Below, piece by piece: positions 58,825 through 64,000 of a DNA stretch of 64,000 nucleotides. The stretch lies in the IMG/VR virus record IMGVR_UViG_2868946205_000003; one strand, written 5' to 3'. The position numbers and the translations under genes were made by a program. The stretch's first letter is position 1. Each line of letters starts with the position of its first letter. The notes under the pieces were generated by a model, which worked only from the letters and a program-made list of their open reading frames with translations, made no database searches and was not told where the DNA came from. Source of the stretch: a virus (lineage: Duplodnaviria; Caudoviricetes).

Positions 58825-59409
58825 TTATCTAAATAAAAAAGATGTAAAAAATCCTAAAAAGAAAATACCGATAAATACTTTAGGGTGAGCTTTTATAAGT
58901 TCTTGCCAATCCACTGCTTTAGGCTGTGTGGGGTTTGGCTGGCGTTGCCGCAATTCATCTCGGTCAAAATGGTCAAAAGCCACTTGAAGTTGTTCACGGG
59001 ATAAATCGTTGAGCGTTTTCGTACCAAATTTTTTCAGACAAAATCTATCGCGTTCTGTTGCGGTATCCACGGTTAATCGCAAGATTTCGCTGACTAATCG
59101 GCGGCACTCTTTTGCCAGCTTAGCCTCTGCCAGTCTATGTCGCAGATACGTCTCAGCTTTATGATATTTCTTGGTTGTAATGCCATTGATACTGTGAACA
59201 TCAATATGGGCATGAACGGCTCGCCACAGATCTTTCTTAGGCTCGCCGCTGGCAGTAACAAGGTCATCTAGCAATTGGTGCAGGCGATGACGCTGAGCCG
59301 GAAGTAGCGACTCATCATCTGTCGGGTTTTCACCTGAAGGGGGATGTATATTGATAATGTCTCTGGATGAGAACTGTCCCTGTGCAGTTCCATTAAATTC
59401 CTGCCGCAT
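58825..59409 (-). CDS. Membrane-anchored protein with N-terminal Q/N/G-rich motif
   Basis: AAGGAG RBS; C-terminal TM VFIGIFFLGFFTSFLF. Confidence 0.85.
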   Translation of the reverse strand: MRQEFNGTAQGQFSSRDIINIHPPSGENPTDDESLLPAQRHRLHQLLDDLVTASGEPKKDLWRAVHAHIDVHSINGITTKKYHKAETYLRHRLAEAKLAKECRRLVSEILRLTVDTATERDRFCLKKFGTKTLNDLSREQLQVAFDHFDRDELRQRQPNPTQPKAVDWQELIKAHPKVFIGIFFLGFFTSFLFR

Positions 59410-59441
59410 CCTATCTCCTTTATTACTGTGTGTTACTCGTT

Positions 59442-59873
59442 CTATTTATTTTTTTTATTACTGACCGCGCCATTATTAATAATCTGATTACCGGCAAATT
59501 GACCACTAATATCGCCATTGAATATCTGACTTGAACTTGTCGGTTGAGACGACGTACCTGCTGTTAATGCAGCCAAAACCGCAGCTTTCACTGCTAATGG
59601 TGCATTTCTGTAATGCTGTATCAGTTCTGACTCATCTTTAGTGATGCGATTCTCAACAGATGGCGGGTTACTGCCAGTAAGAATGAATTGCACGTTTGCA
59701 CCAGCCATTGCAAACAACATCAGAACCTCACCGCCAGGTACGGCTATACCACGCTCGTACTTGCTCCACATTTCACGAGAAACCCCGCATATATCTGCCA
59801 CCTCGCCTTGTTTCAGCGATAAGCGGGAACGTTCAGATTTGATACGGGGTGCAAAAAGAGAATCAAAGTTCAC
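59442..59873 (-). CDS. Prophage repressor (XRE HTH, no peptidase domain)
   Basis: RIKSERSRLSLKQGEVADICGVSREMWSKYERG; divergent from the early genes. Confidence 0.9.
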   Translation of the reverse strand: MNFDSLFAPRIKSERSRLSLKQGEVADICGVSREMWSKYERGIAVPGGEVLMLFAMAGANVQFILTGSNPPSVENRITKDESELIQHYRNAPLAVKAAVLAALTAGTSSQPTSSSQIFNGDISGQFAGNQIINNGAVSNKKNK

Positions 59874-59912
59874 AAAAACCTCATTGACAATGAGAACTAA
59901 AGTTCACATAAT
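59857..59912 (+). promoter_or_regulatory. Early promoter with two operators
   Basis: TTGACA-17-CATAAT; wGAGAAyyAAAGTTCACA at 59857-59874 and 59891-59908. Confidence 0.82.
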
Positions 59913-59958
59913 CTATCACGTATTCTACAAACATCATTGCATAACCGGAGGCCGTAGC

Positions 59959-60147
59959 ATGACACCCGAACAAGTTAAAAGCCGCTTTCAACAGCACGGT
60001 ATCACCGTCACCCAATGGGCGCTGGAGAATGGTTACTCCCGTGAAGCGGTCTATCGCGTACTGAACGGCATTACCAAAGCGAAATACGGACAGGCACATG
60101 AAATCGCCGTCAAACTTGGCCTTAAAACCACGGCCCGAGCCGCCTGA
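59959..60147 (+). CDS. Ner/Cro-like DNA-binding protein (BcepMu gp16 family)
   Basis: MTPEQVK...GITVTQWA...HEIAVKLGLK; GGAGG RBS. Confidence 0.9.
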   Translation: MTPEQVKSRFQQHGITVTQWALENGYSREAVYRVLNGITKAKYGQAHEIAVKLGLKTTARAA

Positions 60148-60199
60148 TATCTATCAGCCTGCGTAACAGATTATCACATATCGCAAAAAGGGGAATGAC

Positions 60200-60505
60200 A
60201 TGACTAAGGCAAATGTTTCCAGCGCAGGCGCTCGGATCTTGCGCGTTCTCAAAGCACTGCGCGGCCATACCCTGAACGGGGTATCAAACGGCGAGCTGGC
60301 GGCGGCGCTGGCTGATTCCCCGGCCAACGTTAACCGCGCCTTGAACACCCTTATTGAGGAAGGACTGGCGCAAAAACTGGATAACGGCAGATTTGCCCTC
60401 TCAATGCAGGCGCTGCAAATCGCACAAGCTCATGCGAACGAAATCTCCCGTGCGCAAGACCGTATTAACGAAATGAATCAACGCCTGCTGGCTGGCAGTC
60501 GCTAA
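60200..60505 (+). CDS. IclR-like winged-HTH protein
   Basis: GVSNGELAAALADSPANVNRALNTL. Confidence 0.85.
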   Translation: MTKANVSSAGARILRVLKALRGHTLNGVSNGELAAALADSPANVNRALNTLIEEGLAQKLDNGRFALSMQALQIAQAHANEISRAQDRINEMNQRLLAGSR

Positions 60506-60514
60506 GGATAAGAA

Positions 60515-61423
60515 ATGGCACGCACCAAATCACAAACGGTTGAACTAGTAGAGGATGCCCCGTTAGCGGGTGATCTGAATGTGAAACTCAATGCACTGAC
60601 CGAGCACCGTATACAGGTAATGGCTCAGTTCGGTGACGGTCTGCCGTATGAGCGAGATCGTATCGTTCACGAAGCACGCTTTTATATGGCCCAAAGTGCT
60701 GAAGCTATGCTGGAGGCTGGTAAGCGTTTGATTATGCTCAAAGAGAATGAGCCACATGGCGAGTTTGTTGAGATTGTCAGAGAACATCTCGGCATTGAAC
60801 CTCGTATTGCGCAAAAAATGGCTCAGGCTGCTCTTAAATTTTTATCACCAGAACTGGTGTCAAAAGCGAAAACGTTTTCGCTTTTAGGTCGTTCAAAATT
60901 ATACGAGCTGATGCTGGAAGATGATGAAGAACTGGCTCAACTAGCCGATGGCGGTACTGTAGTAGGTCTGACGCTAGATGATGTTGATCGCATGTCAGTA
61001 CGTGAATTGCGGCAGTCTCTGCGCGAAGCCCGCGAAACCAATACCGCCCAGCAGCGTGTACTGACCGACAAAAACCAGAAGATAGATGACCTGACCACCA
61101 AGCTGGATAAGAAATCCCGCATTCAGCCGCCGCCACCCGATCAGGAAGCCGAGAAACTGCGCAAAGAGGTTAGCGCTATTGCGTATGAAGCAGAAGCGGC
61201 TATCACCGTCCGTCTTCACACCGCCTTTTCAACCTTGACTACCTTCACATCCGATAACGATGTAGAGCCACCGTATGACTTTATGGCGGGCTTGGTGTGC
61301 CAGATAGAACGGGCGTTACACCATATCCGAGAGGTTTACGACTTAGAGGCAGCGCCTACTGGTAGCGAACGTCCGACATGGCTGGATGCGCCGGAACCCG
61401 TGATTCCGCGTACCGACGCATAA
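60515..61423 (+). CDS. DUF3102-like protein
   Basis: EAGKRLIMLKENEPHGEF, MSVRELR. Confidence 0.85.
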   Translation: MARTKSQTVELVEDAPLAGDLNVKLNALTEHRIQVMAQFGDGLPYERDRIVHEARFYMAQSAEAMLEAGKRLIMLKENEPHGEFVEIVREHLGIEPRIAQKMAQAALKFLSPELVSKAKTFSLLGRSKLYELMLEDDEELAQLADGGTVVGLTLDDVDRMSVRELRQSLREARETNTAQQRVLTDKNQKIDDLTTKLDKKSRIQPPPPDQEAEKLRKEVSAIAYEAEAAITVRLHTAFSTLTTFTSDNDVEPPYDFMAGLVCQIERALHHIREVYDLEAAPTGSERPTWLDAPEPVIPRTDA

Positions 61424-61432
61424 GGGGACGCC

Positions 61433-63202
61433 ATGAGTGCCGCCCTGACAGAACGATTAGTAGCTGTAGCCCGCGCCGCACGGCAGGCCGGGCATGGCGA
61501 ACGCGGTGCCATCTATGACGCCGCCTGTATTGAACTGGGGCTATCTCGCGCCACGTTGCTACGCAAGTTAAAGGAGGTTGCCGTGACTGACAAACGCAAA
61601 AAACGTGCCGATGCCGGACAAAGCGCCTTGACGAGGGATGAAGCCGCCATGATTTCCGCCACATTGATGGAAGCAACCCGTAAAAACGGCAAGCGCTTGT
61701 ACTCCATCGCTGACGCAGTCGAAACACTACGGGCAAACGACATGATCGCTGCCGGGCGTATTGATGAAACCACGGGTGAATTTTATGCCCTGTCAGAGAC
61801 CGCTATCAGCCGCGCTCTGCGTAATTATGGCCTGCATCCCGATCAGTTGAGTCAGCCAGCACCCGTGACCGAGCTGGCCAGTCTGCACCCTAATCATGTG
61901 TGGGAAATCGACGCCTCACTTTGCACCCTTTATTACCTGAGCAACGGACATAAGGGCTTGCAGGTGATGGACAGCGCGAAGTTCTACAAGAACAAACCGG
62001 CCAATGTGGCACGTATCGCCAGTGACCGCGTTTGGAGCTATGAAATCACTGACCACACCAGCGGCTGGATCTACGTCGAGTATGTGATGGGCGCTGAATC
62101 TGGCGAAAACCTGTGCTCTGTTCTCATCAACGCCCTGCAAGAGCGCAGCGGCGCGGACGTGCTGCACGGCGTGCCTAAGTTGCTGTATCTCGACCCCGGT
62201 TCTGCCAACACCGCAAGCATGACAAAAAACCTGTGTCGTGCACTGGGTATCGATTTAAAGGCACATAAAGCCCATGCGGCACGCTCAACAGGCAGCGTTG
62301 AGAAGGCCCGCGACATCATCGAACGCAAACTGGAGCCGGGTCTGAAGTTCCAACCGGTTCATAGCCTGGAAGAGCTGAATGCGCTGGCTGTGAAATGGCG
62401 TTCTCACTTCAATGCTACCGCTGTTCATAGCCGCCACGGACAGACCCGTACCGATATCTGGCTGAAAATCACCGCCGAACAGCTAGTGAAAGCGCCGCCT
62501 ATTGAGGTTTGCCGCGAACTGGCCGTCGCTACACCGGAAGAGCGCAAGGTCAAACCGAAGCTGCGCGTGTCGTTCCGTGGCATTGAGTACGATGTGTCTA
62601 CCGTACCCGGTGTGATGGTCGGTGAGAAGTTGCTGATCACCCGCAATCCTTGGCGTACAGATGCCGCGCAAGTGGTGCTGACAGGTGAAGATGGCCACGA
62701 CACATTCTTCCTGATCGATGAAGTCACCAAAAATGAATTTGGCTTTGCCGACTCTGCCGCAGTGATAGGCGAAAACTACAAATCACACGCCGATACGCCA
62801 GCCCAAACCGCAGCGAAAGAAATTGAGCAGTTGGTGACGGGAACGGATAACGCGACGGATGCAGCAGCAGCACGTAAAGCGAAAGCGCTACCGTTCGGCG
62901 GCAAACTTGACCCATACAAACACATTGATGACACCACGTTACCTGCGTTTATGCCACGCCGTGGTACGGAATCTGATGTACGCAGCCCACGTATCGAACA
63001 GCGGCCTCTTACACATGTTGAAGCTGCCAAAGCGCTGCGTGAGCGGTTTGCAGCCCGCAACCAGACATGGACAGCCGGACACTTTCGCCAGTTGGTTCAG
63101 CTTTATCCTGCAGGAGTACAGGAAGAACAACTGGATGAGGCTATCGATGCACTAATGACGCCTGTTTCCGGCAATGTCATCAACATCGTCAACGGGAATT
63201 AA
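61433..63202 (+). CDS. DDE transposase (Mu A analogue)
   Basis: HPNHVWEIDAS, LYLDPGS, TGSVEK. Confidence 0.93.
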   Translation: MSAALTERLVAVARAARQAGHGERGAIYDAACIELGLSRATLLRKLKEVAVTDKRKKRADAGQSALTRDEAAMISATLMEATRKNGKRLYSIADAVETLRANDMIAAGRIDETTGEFYALSETAISRALRNYGLHPDQLSQPAPVTELASLHPNHVWEIDASLCTLYYLSNGHKGLQVMDSAKFYKNKPANVARIASDRVWSYEITDHTSGWIYVEYVMGAESGENLCSVLINALQERSGADVLHGVPKLLYLDPGSANTASMTKNLCRALGIDLKAHKAHAARSTGSVEKARDIIERKLEPGLKFQPVHSLEELNALAVKWRSHFNATAVHSRHGQTRTDIWLKITAEQLVKAPPIEVCRELAVATPEERKVKPKLRVSFRGIEYDVSTVPGVMVGEKLLITRNPWRTDAAQVVLTGEDGHDTFFLIDEVTKNEFGFADSAAVIGENYKSHADTPAQTAAKEIEQLVTGTDNATDAAAARKAKALPFGGKLDPYKHIDDTTLPAFMPRRGTESDVRSPRIEQRPLTHVEAAKALRERFAARNQTWTAGHFRQLVQLYPAGVQEEQLDEAIDALMTPVSGNVINIVNGN

Positions 63203-63211
63203 GGGGGGAGC

Positions 63212-64000
63212 ATGCTGGTACTGAAACAACAGTTAAAACAGGCACGGCTCTCGCAGGCCGTTGTAGCCAGACATATCGCTGTGTCAGAGGCCACGCTGGC
63301 ACAGATTGTTAATCATGACCAGTGGCCACGCACCAACACCGGGGAAATTCGCCAGCGCCTGACAGCCTTTCTGTCGGCTAATGGCATTGAAACACAATGT
63401 AGTTTTGATGCTGTGCAGGACCGCACATCCCGCACAGCAGATACAACAGACCTCACAACGGAGGAAAACATGTTACTCAAAAAACAGGTGTTATTTCCAG
63501 CAACAAAAAAGGCATTCGGACTGTTCCGTGACCCATTTTCCGATGATGCCATGCAGGGCGCGGAAGACGTTTTTACTACGCCGGATAGCCGCTATGTGCG
63601 TGAGTCACTGTATCAGACCGCAAAACATGGTGGCCTGATGGCGGTTATCGGCGAGTCTGGCGCGGGTAAATCGACGCTGCGCCGTGACCTTATCGAACGC
63701 ATCAATCGCGAGAACGTGCCAGTGATAGTGATTGAGCCTTATGTGATTGCGATGGAGGACAATGATGTTAAAGGTAAGACGCTGAAAGCCGCCGCCATTG
63801 CCGAAGCGATCATCAACACCATCGCCCCGCTGGAAGGTGTGAAACGGTCGCAAGAAGCACGCTATCGCCAACTACATCGCGTACTAAAAGACAGCAGTAA
63901 TGCGGGCTACAGCCACGTTCTGGTGATTGAAGAGGCGCATAGCCTGCCAATCCCCACGCTGAAGCATTTGAAGCGATTTTACGAGCTGGAAAGCGGGTTT
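63212..64000 (+). CDS. ExeA-family AAA ATPase with N-terminal HTH (Mu B analogue), cut by the window end
   Basis: Not in ORF track; Walker A GESGAGKS, Walker B VLVIEEAH. Confidence 0.92.
   Translation, partial: MLVLKQQLKQARLSQAVVARHIAVSEATLAQIVNHDQWPRTNTGEIRQRLTAFLSANGIETQCSFDAVQDRTSRTADTTDLTTEENMLLKKQVLFPATKKAFGLFRDPFSDDAMQGAEDVFTTPDSRYVRESLYQTAKHGGLMAVIGESGAGKSTLRRDLIERINRENVPVIVIEPYVIAMEDNDVKGKTLKAAAIAEAIINTIAPLEGVKRSQEARYRQLHRVLKDSSNAGYSHVLVIEEAHSLPIPTLKHLKRFYELESGF

Larger units (their letters stand above)
31565..64000. mobile_element. Transposable BcepMu/B3-like myovirus prophage (continues beyond the window)
   Basis: Mu-R-like end, Mu-type head genes, P2-type tail genes, central repressor, divergent DDE transposase and ExeA-type ATPase. 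Confidence 0.93.

Overview
The window contains two nested prophages and no host genes; the codon and gene style suggests an enterobacterium, but the host cannot be fixed from this window. (1) 1-31564 is a lambdoid temperate phage: int/xis, leftward early operon (YqaJ exonuclease, Bet, KTSC, N-like antiterminator), immunity region (cI/cro with OL/OR operators), replication, nin-like region, Q, lysis genes and a 933W-like head module (TerS, TerL, portal, scaffold, DUF4043-type capsid). (2) At 31565 its late operon is interrupted by the R end of a transposable BcepMu/B3-like myovirus prophage that runs past the window end. It carries a Gin-like invertase with a ~0.7 kb tail-fibre switch, tail, head and lysis genes on the minus strand, a repressor operon, and divergent early genes with transposase and ATPase. 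The strongest unexplained signals are: (a) one sequence, AAGGACTGACCAATG, forms the RBS and start codon of nine phage-1 ORFs, and its only non-start copy is antisense, between two hairpins in the late-promoter leader, suggesting a one-sRNA/many-target translational switch; (b) an 18-aa Q/N/G-rich motif is shared by the C-terminus of the Mu-like repressor and the N-terminus of the adjacent membrane-anchored protein, an arrangement like homotypic/amyloid signalling pairs; (c) a Gp49(Acb4-like)-RyR fusion, a double-HTH CI, RexAB-like gene pairs and a duplicated late promoter. All family assignments come from motif recognition by eye, not from database searches.
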